A stretch of 64,000 bases of DNA, from the NCBI RefSeq assembly GCF_006345805.1, contig NC_042999.1, positions 13,330,001 to 13,394,000 of the forward strand, written 5' to 3'. Positions 11,001-22,660 of this stretch are shown here, piece by piece. Every line of letters starts with the position of its first letter. Position 1 is the stretch's first letter. The notes below the pieces were generated by a model. That model was not told the DNA's origin and made no database searches. It was given only the letters and a program-made list of their open reading frames with translations. The position numbers and the translations under genes are program-made. Source of the stretch: Octopus sinensis (taxonomy: Eukaryota).

Positions 11001-12018
11001 TGTGTGTGTGTGTGTGTGTTGTGTATGTATGTATCCCACATTTTCTTACAAGTCTTCTCCTATTGTTAACGCCTGTTGCATTGGGAAATTTATGAGAGTA
11101 ATCTGACCTCTTAGTATTTTACGAGTTAGACATGGATCAACGCTGATATAGAAGAAAAATCCTTTGTTTGGCCTGTTTCTTCCTGTTTAGGAAGAATATA
11201 AATACTCAACCAAAGATCAGTTCTTTCTTTCTTTGGTCGCTAGGTCGCTGGTCAGAGAATATCTCTCTTTCTCATTGCAAGGATGGTCTTTCCTCTCACA
11301 ACAACACAACTCTTAATCTTTCTATATACCGAGATTTTCTTACTCTTTCTCTCCCTAGAAGTCACTTACAGACGAAGCTAACTTCCAAAGAGGATGAATT
11401 ATAGATCAACAAATAACCTGTGTACACAGACAACTCGAAGTAGTTGTAGCTTACGGTGTAACGACGACAATAACGATATAAATAAAGAGACATCTCAGTA
11501 ATCAATTCCTATCTTCTATCAATTATTTGGTGCATATTATTGTGAAACATGGCCGTTGTAATTGGTGGCCTCTGATGTTTATAAATCGTTAAACTTGATC
11601 GTTACAAACACATTATCAGCGGAAGAAGAATGTTTGGGAAAACCATTTACTGAAAGCTTTGTAGATCTATCTAACCAGTAAAGTCTTTGCTATTAATGTG
11701 AAGGAAATCATAATTGTTTTAGAAATGAACTGATCCAAACAATGGAATGAAAATAATTGTTCTGTTGGGTTGTTAGAATATATTCGTTTGTTTATTTCTA
11801 CTTGGAACTCCAGTGTCATATGTCTGTGAAGGGGTAAGATTTATATTAAAATTTCAAAATCGATAACAAAAGTTGAAGAGGAAGAATAGAGCTACAATAA
11901 GGTAAAAATTATTTTTGAGTTATTTCAAATAACATCGGAAAGGATTTACATAAATGGAGGGAGAAGAAAAATGAACGAACGCTGTCAGAACATTGTTATC
12001 TAACGTTACATGCAGTTT

Positions 12019-12441
12019 GGATCTTTTCGGTTTGAACGGCAGTTTTTTCTAGCGGTGTCATATGAAATTGTCACCCATAATTATGACCCTAGTATCGATC
12101 TATTGCATTTCAATCTGTTTTAGGGTTAGGGTTATTTAGGGTTTGGGTTAGGGGTAGGGGGAAGGGTATCTTTTTTTCTTCACAAATGTAAATAAATCCA
12201 ATCTGTTTCTTAAACGAGGCACAGAATGTTTTTTTTTTACCGCAATAAACGTATTTGATTGGTTGAAATTGCAGAAATTGAAGAAAAAAAAACAGCAAAT
12301 ATCTTACAAACTATAGAATTTTCTCAATGAAGCCAAGAGAAAAAGATGTTTTATAAACACATTCTACCAGTATTCGAAGTTTTAAATTTTTTAGTTACCT
12401 AGAAATTATGTTAAAAACTGCCGTTCAAACCGAAAAGATCC
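12019..12441. mobile_element. Merlin-like non-autonomous DNA transposon containing telomere-like repeats
   Basis: Perfect 29-bp TIR GGATCTTTTCGGTTTGAACGGCAGTTTTT; 8-bp TSD TGCAGTTT/CGCAGTTT; TTAGGG-like runs at 12120-12166. Confidence 0.78.
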
Positions 12442-12636
12442 CGCAGTTTCCTTGTGATAAAAAAAAAGTCATTCATGTAGTTTGCAATACTTTGGTGAGT
12501 TTGATTGGATGTAAATCATTTGTGTGTTATCTCTGCTATAAGCTGAACATATTTCGGTCGTATTACACATCACAAAGAAAGCATATTCTTTCATTTATGT
12601 GTCTGTAACCCCATAGAGAAAATGGAATGAGTTTTC

Positions 12637-12975
12637 CACCCATCTAATACCCGTGGACATATTTACAAAGTAAGAAAACAGCACAGCTCCCATGACTTTC
12701 GGAAACACTTTTTCACGCCGAGAGTTGCTGAAGCATGGAACAAACTGCCGGTATCAGTTGTTAGTTGTCGGAACACTGCATCCTTCAAAACTTCCATGCT
12801 TCCTGAGATTCGCCAACACTACACCTGATTTTCTCCCCCTCCATACACACACAAGCATGTATCTGACTCATACACTGTTCACTTTCCAGACATTTCTACA
12901 TTACTGCTTATGCTTTATATGCACTTTCTGACAAGTTGTGGTGCACCTGAGCAGTGTGTACAATTAATTTCATTA
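12637..12975 (+). mobile_element. CR1-clade LINE 3' end
   Basis: Reads HPSNTRGHIYKVRKQHSSHDFRKHFFTPRVAEAWNKLPVSVVSCRNTASFK..; UTR ends CATTATTATT. Confidence 0.8.
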
Positions 12976-13259
12976 TTATTTCATTATATTATAACAGAAT
13001 AACGGCGTCTGTAGGAGAGGTTGAGAAGATGAAGGAGGAAAGTGAAATAAAATGAATTAAAATGAAACAGAACTAGATAAAATAAAATAGAAAGTAAAAA
13101 AACAAAACAGTAAAAACTAATATAGTAAAAGGAGGTAGGAGGGGGTTTAATGTTCGTCATAATTTTAGGGATATAAGAATTGTATGGGAAAGTCATGCAC
13201 TCTTAAGATATATGAAAGGTTTGTGGAAATAGAAGTAAATATAGAAGTAGAGAGGTAGA

Positions 13260-13311
13260 TGAATAAATAGACAGCCTGAAGAGGAGATAGATAGATAGAT
13301 AGGTAGGTAGG

Positions 13312-13362
<51 letters not shown>

Positions 13363-13468
13363 GTAGGTAGGTAGGTAGGTAGGTAGGTAGATAGATAGGT
13401 AGGTAGGTAGTAAGGTAGGTAGATAGGTAGGTTTGGGTGGATATATAGATAGATAGATAGGTAGATAG

Positions 13469-13507
<39 letters not shown>

Positions 13508-13829
13508 TATAAGATAGATAGGTAGATAAATAGATAATTGATAGAGAGATAGAGAGAGAGATAGATAGATAATAGAATAGATAGATAGAGATAGATAGAT
13601 AGATAGTAGATGGTAGGTAGGGGTTAGGTAGGTAGGTAGGTAGATAGATAGGTAGGTAGGTAGTAAGGTAGGTAGATAGGTAGGTTTGGGTGGATAGATA
13701 GATAGATAGATAGGTAGATAGATAGATAGATAGGTAGATAGATAGATAGATAGATAGAGAGATAGAGAGAGAGATATATATAGATAGATAGGTAGATAAA
13801 TAGATAGATTGATAGAGAGATAGAGAGAG

Positions 13830-13871
<42 letters not shown>

Positions 13872-14320
13872 GTAGGTTGGTACTTTGGTAGGTTGGTAGG
13901 TAGGTAAGTTGTTAGGTAGGTTGGTAGGTACGTTGATAGGTAGGTAGGTTGGTAGGTAGGTTGGTAGGCTGGTAGGTAGGTAGGCTGGTAGGTAGGTTGG
14001 TAGGTTGGTAGGTAGGTTGGTAGGTAGGCTGGTAGGTAGGTTGGTAGGTTGGTAGGTAGGTTGGTAGGTAGGTTGGTAGGTAGGTTGGTAGGTTGGTAGG
14101 TCGGTAGGTAGGTAGGTAGGTTGGTAGGTAGGTTGGTAGGTAGGTTGGTAGGTTGGTAGGTTGGTAGGTAGGTAGGTAGGTAGGTAGGTTGGTAGGTAGG
14201 TTGGTAGGTAGGTAGTTTGGTTGGTAGGTTGATAGGTAGGTAGGTAGGTAGGTAGGTTGGTTGGTTGGTTGGTTGGTAGGTAGGTAGGTAGGTAGGTTAG
14301 TAGGTTTGGGTGGATGCATA
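13260..14320. repeat. Compound (TAGA)n/(TAGG)n/(TTGGTAGG)n array
   Basis: Direct reading; a roughly 250-bp block recurs at about 13390 and 13660. Confidence 0.9.
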
Positions 14321-14795
14321 GATAGATGAGTTTAATCTAAACATGGTGAATGACGTGTAGAGAGCCTTGTTGCTAGGTGTTATAATTTATCTCGTTGCGT
14401 TTTCAAATCAATGATTTCTTGTTTAGATGTTTTAAAATTTATTTTTATTCTTATCTGATGATGGTTCTTGCTGGTGCCGGGTATGTTGCATAGACTAAGG
14501 TATATAATGAGCAAGGAAATACCACGAGAAGGAAATTTGGTACTTTTGGTTATCTCACCCCCATTAAAAAATTACCATTAAAAAATTGGTTTACCTCTAC
14601 TCTAAAAAAATGAGTTCATGTGGCGACAAGAGATTGGATTAAAAGGGTCAGATCCTTTTGATTCAATACTTCAGCACATTGTTGACTTTTGGCCTCCTAG
14701 GTAGGCATGGTATGATTTGTTATAAAAATGTTATTAGATTCAATAAGTTGTTTAATTCTTTCAGTTTCCCTGTTTATTAAATTTTCAGCCTTCAT

Positions 14796-15017
14796 ACTCT
14801 TTTACTCTTTTACTTGTTTCAGTCATTTGACTGCGGCCATGCTGGAGCACCGCCCTTAGTCGAGCAAATCGATCCTGGGACTTATTCTTTGTAAGCCCAG
14901 TACTTATTCTATCGGTCTCTTTTGCAGAACCGCTAAGTTACGGGGACGTAAACACACCAGCATCGGTTGTCAAGCAATGCTAGGGCGACAAACACAGACA
15001 TACAAACACATACACAT

Positions 15018-15048
<31 letters not shown>

Positions 15049-15220
15049 CATATATACGACGGGCTTCTTTCAGTTTCCGTCTACCAAATCCGCTCACAAG
15101 GCATTGGTCGGCCCGGGGCTATAGCAGAAGACACTTACCCAAGATGCCACGCAGTGGGACTGAACCCGGAACCATGTGGTTGGTTAGCAAGCTACTTACC
15201 ACACAGCCACTCCTGCGCCT
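14796..15220 (-). mobile_element. SINE B, full length
   Basis: Tail ACTCTTTTACTCTTTTACTTGTTTCAG through head CCACTCCTGCGCCT. Confidence 0.9.
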
Positions 15221-15401
15221 ATGTTTATAAATATTTTTCTTTTTTTTTGTTTTGTTTTATTGAGAGTTAAACAATTTTTTTAGGTGGGAGAAATAACCAA
15301 AAGTTCCGATATTTTTCATGAAACGTGGTGAGACAATTCAATTTTTTAATGGGGTTGAGATAACCAAAAAGTACCGGAAATTTTCCCGTAAAGTAAAGTA
15401 T

Positions 15402-15892
15402 AGGCGCAGGAGTGGCTGTGTGGTAAGTAGCTTCTTTGTACTGTCTATATGACAAATTTTATGAAATAAAGTAGCTTGCTTACGAACCACATGGTTCCCG
15501 GTTCATTCCCACTGTTTGACACCTTGGATAGGTGTCTTCTACTAACTATAGCTTCAGGCTGACCAAAGCCTTGTGAGTGGATTTGGTAGACGGAAACTGA
15601 AAGAAGCCCGTCGTATGTATGTATGTATATATATATATATATATATGTGTGGTGTGTGTGTGTGTGCGCGTGTGCGTATGTGTGTCTTTGTTTGTCCCCA
15701 GCATCGCTTGACAACCGATGGTGGTTTGTTTACGTCCCCGTAACTTATCGGTTCGGCAAAAGAGAACGATAGAATAAATACTAGGCTTCCAAAGAACAAG
15801 TCCTGGGGTCGATTTGCTCGACTAAAGGCGATGCTCCAGCATGGCCGCAGTGAAATGACTGAAACAAGTAAAAGAGTAAAAGAGTAAAAGAG
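15402..15892 (+). mobile_element. SINE B, full length, with partly duplicated head
   Basis: AGGCGCAGGAGTGGCTGTGTGG start; (TAAAAGAG)3 tail. Confidence 0.88.
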
Positions 15893-16153
15893 TTGATATA
15901 ATCTGTTAATGTCTCGTGTGAATTAATTTTAATTCAATCACGGCCACATTAGTATCGAGTTGAGAGAAACCTCGTTAAACAATGATTTCAGCAACAAAGC
16001 AGAGACAAAGCACAAATATATATTGAGTTGCCAAATAAATTCGTTTCCTGCCCCTACCAACGTGTTTGAAACCAATAAGTTTGAATCCTTTCCATCTAAA
16101 TTGACAAGAAAAATATTTTTATGCTTTTATGTTAGTTTGTTTTTTTTGGTAAC

Positions 16154-16315
16154 AGGCGCAAGCGGGGTCGGTGTTGTAAGAAGTTTCTGGGTTCATGGTT
16201 CTGGGTTCAGTCCCATTGCATGACACCTTGGGTAAGCGTCTCCTACTATAAGCCTTGGGCCGACCAAAGCCTTGCAGGTGGATTTGGTAGACGGGAACTG
16301 AAGGAAGCCCGTTGC

Positions 16316-16350
<35 letters not shown>

Positions 16351-16490
16351 CGTGTTTGTATGTGCGCGCGTTTCACAACCGCTTGACAGCCAGTGCTGGT
16401 GTGTTTATGCCCCCATAACTTAGCGGCTCAGTAAAAGACACCGATAAAGTAAGTAAGCACTGGGTTCGATTTCGTGCTCCAGCACGGCCA
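16154..16490 (+). mobile_element. SINE B, degenerate
   Basis: GGGTTCAGTCCC; GGATTTGGTAGACGGGAACTGAAGGAAGCCCG. Confidence 0.75.
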
Positions 16491-16644
16491 ACACACTTAA
16501 TCTTTAATGATGGAATAAGGAAAAAGAGAAAGAGCTAACGAATTTATCTGATGTCGCTAAGTAAGCAATACCGCCACCACCGGACATAGCAGCAACAGCT
16601 GCCAATCAAGCATGATCCTGCCCAAACACTTGGACCCGGACCTA

Positions 16645-16725
16645 TAACATCACGTGACCTGATTTAACCAATAGAATCCTAACATTTAGAAACCATCTTC
16701 CATTTGTCTCATTTCCTGTTACTTG
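16645..16725. promoter_or_regulatory. Cluster of promoter-type motifs (E-box, CCAAT, YY1-like, ETS-like)
   Basis: TCACGTGAC at 16650, CCAAT at 16668, CCATCTT at 16693, ATTTCCTGTT at 16711. Motif match only. Confidence 0.2.
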
Positions 16726-16774
16726 ACCTCCAAACGGCTGACGAGCTGGGATTGTTCTACGAACCTACGAAATT

Positions 16775-17150
16775 TCATCATCATCATTGTTTAACGTCCG
16801 CTTTCCATGCTAGCATGGGTTGGATTGTTCGACCAGGGTCTGGGAAGCCAGGAGGCTGCACCAGGCTCCAATCTTGATCTGGCAGAGTTTCTACAGCTTG
16901 ATGCCCTTTCTAACGCCAACCACTCCGAGAGTGTAGTGTGTGCCTTTTACGTACTAGTCAGGTGGTACTGGCACCAGCCACGCCCAAGTGGTGTTTTATA
17001 CGTGCCACCTGCACAAGAGCCAGTCCAGCGGCACTGGCAACGACCTCGCTCGAATGTTTATTCACGTGCTTGTATGGTGACACTGGTAACGATCACGCTC
17101 GAATGGTGCCTCTTACGTGCCACCGGCACGGAAGCCAGTTAGCTGCTCTG
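16775..17150 (-). mobile_element. RTE-tailed SINE-like element (family D) with internal tandem repeats
   Basis: Minus strand ends GCATGGAAAGCGGACGTTAAACAATGATGATGA; contains TTGGCGTTAGAAAGGGCATC, which resembles the RTE 5' UTR/Ceph-type motif. Confidence 0.7.
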
Positions 17151-17327
17151 GAATATATATCGATACAGGGGCAAACAATTCACGAGAAAAATAGAATGGC
17201 GCATGAAGTTTTTATAGACCATAAACTCTTGGACTACAAAAATACCTAATTTTGATATTCATAATCGCTGAATTTCCTTGCTTTTATAACCAGCAATATC
17301 CAGTATTTCGGACATAGCATTTTAAAG

Positions 17328-17640
17328 GGAGGAGGCGCAATAGCGCAGTGGTTTTAGGGCAGAGGACTCGCGGTCGGAGGATCGCGGTTTCGATTCCCAG
17401 ACCGGGCGTTGTGTGTTTATTGAGCGAAAACACCTAAAGCTATATGAGGCTCTGGCAGGGGGTGGTGGCGACCCCTGTTGTACTCTTTCGCCCCAACTTT
17501 CTCTCACTCTCTCTTCCTGTTTTTTGAGTAACGCTGCGATGGACTGGCGTACCGTCCAGCTCGGTGTGGGGGGACACATACGCCACAGAAACCGAGAAAC
17601 CGGGCCCATGAGCCTGGCTAGGCTTGAAAAGGGCGCATAA
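17328..17640 (+). mobile_element. SINE family C (tRNA head plus V-domain-like core)
   Basis: A-box-like AGCGCAGTGG, B-box GGTTTCGATTCCC, CTGCGATGGACTGGCGTACCGTCCAG. Confidence 0.82.
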
Positions 17641-17729
17641 ATAAATAAAAATTTTAAGGGAGAAAACGTCTATGTAAACCAATAGCACGTTTAGTAAAAC
17701 GAAAGAAAGAGTGATATTAACGTAAGTAT

Positions 17730-18022
17730 ACACGCACGCACCTTCATTGTGGGGGGGAGTCATCTTTACTTTGTTAACTTCCCTACTTCTTCGCTCTCCT
17801 GTGTGACCCTTCTGTCCGGCAGTCGCCATGATAGATCGGTAGACACTACACACATTTTTTTCTCTTCTTGTCTCTCCCCTTGTTTTTTTCTGTGTTCCTT
17901 TCTGTGGAAGAGCGTAGGCTCGAATGTAAAATACTTTTTCAATTCCTGAGCGTTATAGTAATACATCTGTTTGTTTTCTACATCACCTGTCCTCGTCTTT
18001 TGCTTTTTTTTTTCGTGAACTC
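17730..18022 (+). mobile_element. 293-bp element with 13-bp TSD and degenerate hammerhead-like motif
   Basis: TTAACGTAAGTAT at 17717-29 and 18023-35; CTGTGGAA-GAGC-GTAG-GCTC-GAATGTA at 17902-28. Confidence 0.55.
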
Positions 18023-18189
18023 TTAACGTAAGTATGTTCCTTTCACTCTCAGAAGGACAAGTGTTCGAAACGATGTATTCCCCACATCTTGTGGCAAATT
18101 AACTCCTTTTCATTTTATTTTCACCAACAAACTTGTATGGACTGATTCTTAGTGATGGAGATCATCTTGGCTTCAGGATCAGATCATTG

Positions 18190-18490
18190 TTGTTGTTTCT
18201 TCTCGAGCCATGCCTGGCTCATAAGGGACGGTTTCCCGGTTTCTTTGGCGTATAGGTTCCCCACTTGGACGGGACGCCGGTCCATCGCAGGTGAGCTACA
18301 AGATGCAGGAGGAAAGAGTGAGAGAAAGTTGTGGCGAAAGAGTCAGCAGAAGTTCGCCATTACCTTCTGCTGGAGACGCGTGGAACTTAGGTGTTTCGCT
18401 CATAAACACACACATCGCCTGGTATGAGATTCGAATTTGCGATCCCTTGACCGCGAGTCCGCTGCTCTAAACATTAGGCCATGTACCTCC
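18190..18490 (-). mobile_element. SINE C
   Basis: Homologous to the reverse complement of 17328-17640 and to 40365-40655. Confidence 0.82.
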
Positions 18491-19001
18491 ACAGATCTTT
18501 GTCCAAAACATCAATGAATCTCTGATTAAAAGCCAGTATTTTAATGAACTTGATTGCAGCTCGCAAATCTTGCACATCGAAATTTTGTGCACACACAGTG
18601 TAGTTTAGTGTGATGAAGCGGAAGTAGCAAAAGAGCTTGGAGAAGTTCAAATATGTTCATGCTTCAAACGGATGACAGCTCGTTTCAAGAGCGCAACGTT
18701 TGCAGTGTTCCTGGTGCAAAGGAATGTAGACAAGTGTTGGCTGGAAGTAGTTTTACTAGATTCGCACTTCATGCAGTTGACAGCTCGTAGTCTCAAGGCC
18801 GCAGCGTGCCTCAGTTATTCCAATATTTCTATTTTAAAACTTTTCTCCAGTGACAGAATATTGCTTGCATATGGCACCACGCGGAGGCTGGAACAATGCC
18901 AAACCGACAATGTTACTGTTGATGCTAACACAGCATCACAGACTTGGTAGACACATATCTAGATGCCAGAAGGAAGTAATTAGTCCAGCTCGATGCCAAT
19001 G

Positions 19002-19071
<70 letters not shown>

Positions 19072-19155
19072 CCTTTCTACTATAGGCATGTGTTTACGTC
19101 CCCGTGCTTTAGTTGTTGCGCAAATGTGACAGACAGAATAAGTACCAGGCTTTTC

Positions 19156-19188
<33 letters not shown>

Positions 19189-19191
<3 letters not shown>

Positions 19192-19815
19192 ATGCACCAC
19201 GCAAAGGCAGATGCAGATCATCTTTACCTATCTAGAGCCTCAAGGAGGTCGAGGCTTGATCCAATTTGAAATCTACAAAACCACAATTGGACAGGCTTGA
19301 AACATCTAACGACTGGATGCTAAAGCTCGTTGAAAACCATGAATGACGTAAGACACCTACATTCTGTTATGAAGGAGAGCAAAAGATTTTCAAGTGAGTT
19401 TATGCATAGTACCCAGGTTGAACAGCATGAGGGAAGTGCAGCAACTGTAGCTGCGAAGGAGGTGAAATCAATAGCAAAGCAAAATGCGGTTGAACAATTG
19501 GCTGATAAGTGGGAATAAAAACCTCTGCACAGCAGATGTGTGGCCCGTAGCAAACAAGCTGATGTAGATCAGAAGCATACCCATCGGTGGCTATAGAGCT
19601 TAGGGCTAAAGGTAGAGAGTGAAGGCTTTATCTTGGTTGCCCAAGACCAGAGCTTATTGACCCGGATCTATCAAGCCAATGCGCTGAAAAATGATGTAGA
19701 CCTAAAGAGCCGATACTGCAACGATGGGATAGAAACAGTCGACCACCTAATCTCTGGATGTAAGGTTTTAGCACCTGTAGAGTACAAATCAAGACATGAC
19801 AGATTTGGCCAATGT
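19189..19815 (+). mobile_element. R4/Dong-clade non-LTR retrotransposon fragment starting at (AAT)n
   Basis: MHHAKADADHLYL; EGFILVAQDQSLLTRIYQ..RYCNDGIETVDHLISGCKVLAPVEYKSRHD (zinc-knuckle region); frameshifted. Confidence 0.85.
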
Positions 19816-19817
19816 CA

Positions 19818-20170
19818 TGGTTTCAAGCTATCTTCAGCAAATAAAGTATTTTGCTAGGTGAAGCTCTCATCAGCAGGAAAGCCAAAGATTAACATATAAG
19901 CCCGAGGCAATACAGAACATTCCTCGTGCTTACATGTTATAATCTTTTCAAATCCACCGCGCAGGCGCAGTTTTTTATCGGCAGCAAATAGAAATAATGT
20001 AGATTTTCTTTCAAAATTAGCCCAAAAATGATTATTAATAAATTTCAGGGTAGTAAAAATTTATTTAGAAATTTTTACCACCGACATAGCGTGTAGAAAA
20101 ACTAGTTAATAGACTATATATTATTCATTATATATACAGTGTACATTTAAACATATAAGAGATGGACACA
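19818..20170 (-). mobile_element. Non-coding element homologous to the 30393-30775 fold-back family, with two hammerhead-like cores
   Basis: 20040-20160 matches the reverse complement of 30650-30770; minus-strand CTGATGAG (19873) and CTGAAGA..GAAAC (19837-19820). Confidence 0.5.
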
Positions 20171-20344
20171 ATCGGACATCTAAATATATATATAACCATA
20201 TATATATATATATATATATGATATATATATATATATATATAATATATAATATATATATATATGTGTGTTGTTGTGTGTGTGGTGTGTGTGTGTGTGTGTG
20301 TGTGTATGTATATACAAAAATATACATATACGTATGTGTGTGTG

Positions 20345-20590
20345 TGTGTGTGTGATTTCGAGTCTGTGTTTAGCCCCCCAAACAGCTTGTAAATCAGTGT
20401 TTGCGTATTTACGTCCCCGTAACACTAGCGGTTCGGCAAAAGTTTCCGAAAGAATAAATACCAAGTTTTTTTGCAAATAAATAAATAAATAAATAAGTAC
20501 TAGCATCGATTCGTTCGACTGAAATTTTTCTAGGTGGTGCTCCACCATGGCCGCAGTCTGACGACCGAAACAAGTGTAGAATGGATAGTA
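20345..20590 (+). mobile_element. SINE B 3' half
   Basis: TTTACGTCCCCGTAACACTAGCGGTTCGGCAAAAG...CATGGCCGCAGTC. Confidence 0.72.
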
Positions 20591-20635
20591 AAAGATACAC
20601 ATATACATGATCGTTAATATACAACGTATCGAAGA

Positions 20636-20850
20636 CAGCGAGCTGGCAGAAACGTTAGCTCGCCGGGCGAAATGCTCGGCAGTATTTCCTCTGCCGTTAC
20701 GTTCTGAGTTCAAATTCCGTCGAGGTCGACTGTTTCTTTCATCCTTTTGAGGTCGATAAATTAAGTACCAGTTATGCACTGAGGTCGATATAATCAATAG
20801 GTCTCCTCCCTAAATTTTCTGGCCTTACGTCTATAGTAGAAATGAATGTC
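20636..20850 (+). mobile_element. SINE A, tail 2
   Basis: GCGAGCTGGCAGAAACGTTAGC head; GGCCTTACGTCTATAGTAGAAA tail. Confidence 0.82.
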
Positions 20851-20955
20851 AAACGTATCGGTGAACTGATCTAAGTGGAAATAACTATGATCAAAACATA
20901 CAAATGTTATTTCCCTTGCTAAAAAAATAAGAAAGATTACCTGGAATAGATTAAT

Positions 20956-21185
20956 ATTCCTTTACTACCCAAAAGATGCTAAACACAGAGGGGACAAACA
21001 TTGACAGATAAAGGGATTAAGTCGATTACATCGACCCAGTGCGAAACTGGTACTTTATTTATCGACCCCGAGTGGTTGAAAGGCAAAGTCGACATCGGCG
21101 GAATTTGAACTCAGAACATAACGACAGACGAAATACCGCTAAGCATTTCGCCCGGCGCGCTAACGTTTCTGCCAGCTTGCCGCCG
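20956..21185 (-). mobile_element. SINE A, tail 1
   Basis: Full head and tail; flanked by GGAATAGATTAATAT on both sides (TSD-like). Confidence 0.85.
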
Positions 21186-21249
21186 GAATAGATTAATATA
21201 GTTAATATATCGAAGTTTTCATGTTACGATAACATCATATCCGGTAGAA

Positions 21250-21830
21250 AGCGACGAGCTGGCAGAAACATTAGCACGCCTGGCGAAATGCGTAGCGGTA
21301 TTTCGTCTGTCGTTACGTTGTGAGTTCAAATTCCGCCGAGGTCGACTTTGCCTTTCATCATTTCGGGGTCGATAAATTAAGTACCAGTTACGCACTGGGG
21401 TCGATGTAATCGACTTAATACCTATGTCTGTCCTTGTTTGTCCCCTCTATGTTTAGCCCCTTGTGGGTAATAAAGAAATAGAAATAGGTATTTTTTCGTC
21501 TGCCGTTACGCTCGGAGTTCAAGTTCCGCCGAGGTCGACTTAGCTTTTCATCCTTTCGGGGACGATAAATTAAGTACCAGTTACGCACTGGGGTCGATAT
21601 AGTCGACTTAATCTGTTTGTCTGTCCTTGTTTGTCCCCTCTGTCTGTAGCCCCTTGTACGTAGTAAAGAAATAGATATTTCTGAGTTCAAATTCCGCCGA
21701 GGTTGAATTTGCCTTTCATCCTTTCGGGTTTATTGAATTAAGTACCAGTTACGTACTGGAGCTGATTAGATCGACTGGCCCCCTCCCCCCAAATTTCGCG
21801 TCCTGTACCTAGAGTAGAAAATAATATCAT
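21250..21830 (+). mobile_element. SINE A multimer
   Basis: Head at about 21253; headless units start near 21487 and 21675; ends in tail 2. Confidence 0.85.
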
Positions 21831-21954
21831 ATCAGGTAGTGTAATGTTAATTAATGTTATTTAATATCTATTAATGTTACGCCCCAACGTATGATAAATT
21901 TTGAGAAAACTAAGCTTTAGGTTAAGGTTATAGGAAGGCGAAACAGATCAAAAG

Positions 21955-22110
21955 AGAAGCAGATATGGCTGTATGGTTAAGCGCGCTTTGCAACCACGTG
22001 GTTTTGGCTCGATCCCATTGTAAGGCACCATAGGCAAGTGTCTTTCATTACAGTCTCAGATTGACCAATGCCTCGTGGGTGAATTTAATGAACAAAAATT
22101 GTGCAGACAC
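21955..22110 (+). mobile_element. SINE B head, degenerate
   Basis: TGGCTGTATGG...GGCAAGTGTCTTTCATTACAG. Confidence 0.6.
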
Positions 22111-22119
22111 TCTTCGTAA

Positions 22120-22660
22120 CATACATACATACATACATACATACATGCATACATACATACATACATACATGCATACATACATACATACATACATACATAC
22201 ATACATGCATACATACATACATACATACATACATACATACATACATACATGCATACATACATACATACATACATACATACCTACATACATACATACATAC
22301 ATACATACATACATGCATACATACATACATACATACATACATACATACATACATACATACATGCATACATACATACATACATACATACATACATGCATAC
22401 ATGCATACATACATACATACATACATACATACATACATACATACATACATACATACATACATACATACATACATACATACATACATGCATACATACATAC
22501 ATACATACATACATACCTACATACATGCATACATACATACATACATACATGCATGCATACATACATACATACATACATACATACATACATACATACATAC
22601 ATGCATGCATACACATGTATGTATGTATGTATGTATGCATGCATGCATGTATGTATGTCA
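22120..22660. repeat. (CATA)n microsatellite switching to (TATG)n
   Basis: Direct reading. Confidence 0.92.

Noticed and set aside
11064-11549. Solo LTR (TGTT..AACA, TATAAATA, AATAAA)
   Set aside because: No matching TSD, no convincing PBS and no second copy.
12120-12166. True telomere or chromosome fusion scar
   Set aside because: Short, degenerate and enclosed by transposon TIRs.
16716-16780. Type III hammerhead (CTGACGA 16738, GAAA 16769)
   Set aside because: Helices I and II are plausible but helix III does not pair; the 3' side is the SINE D tail.
18530-18990. Complex, partly open frames on both strands
   Set aside because: Stops present and no recognisable motif; tBLASTx would be needed.
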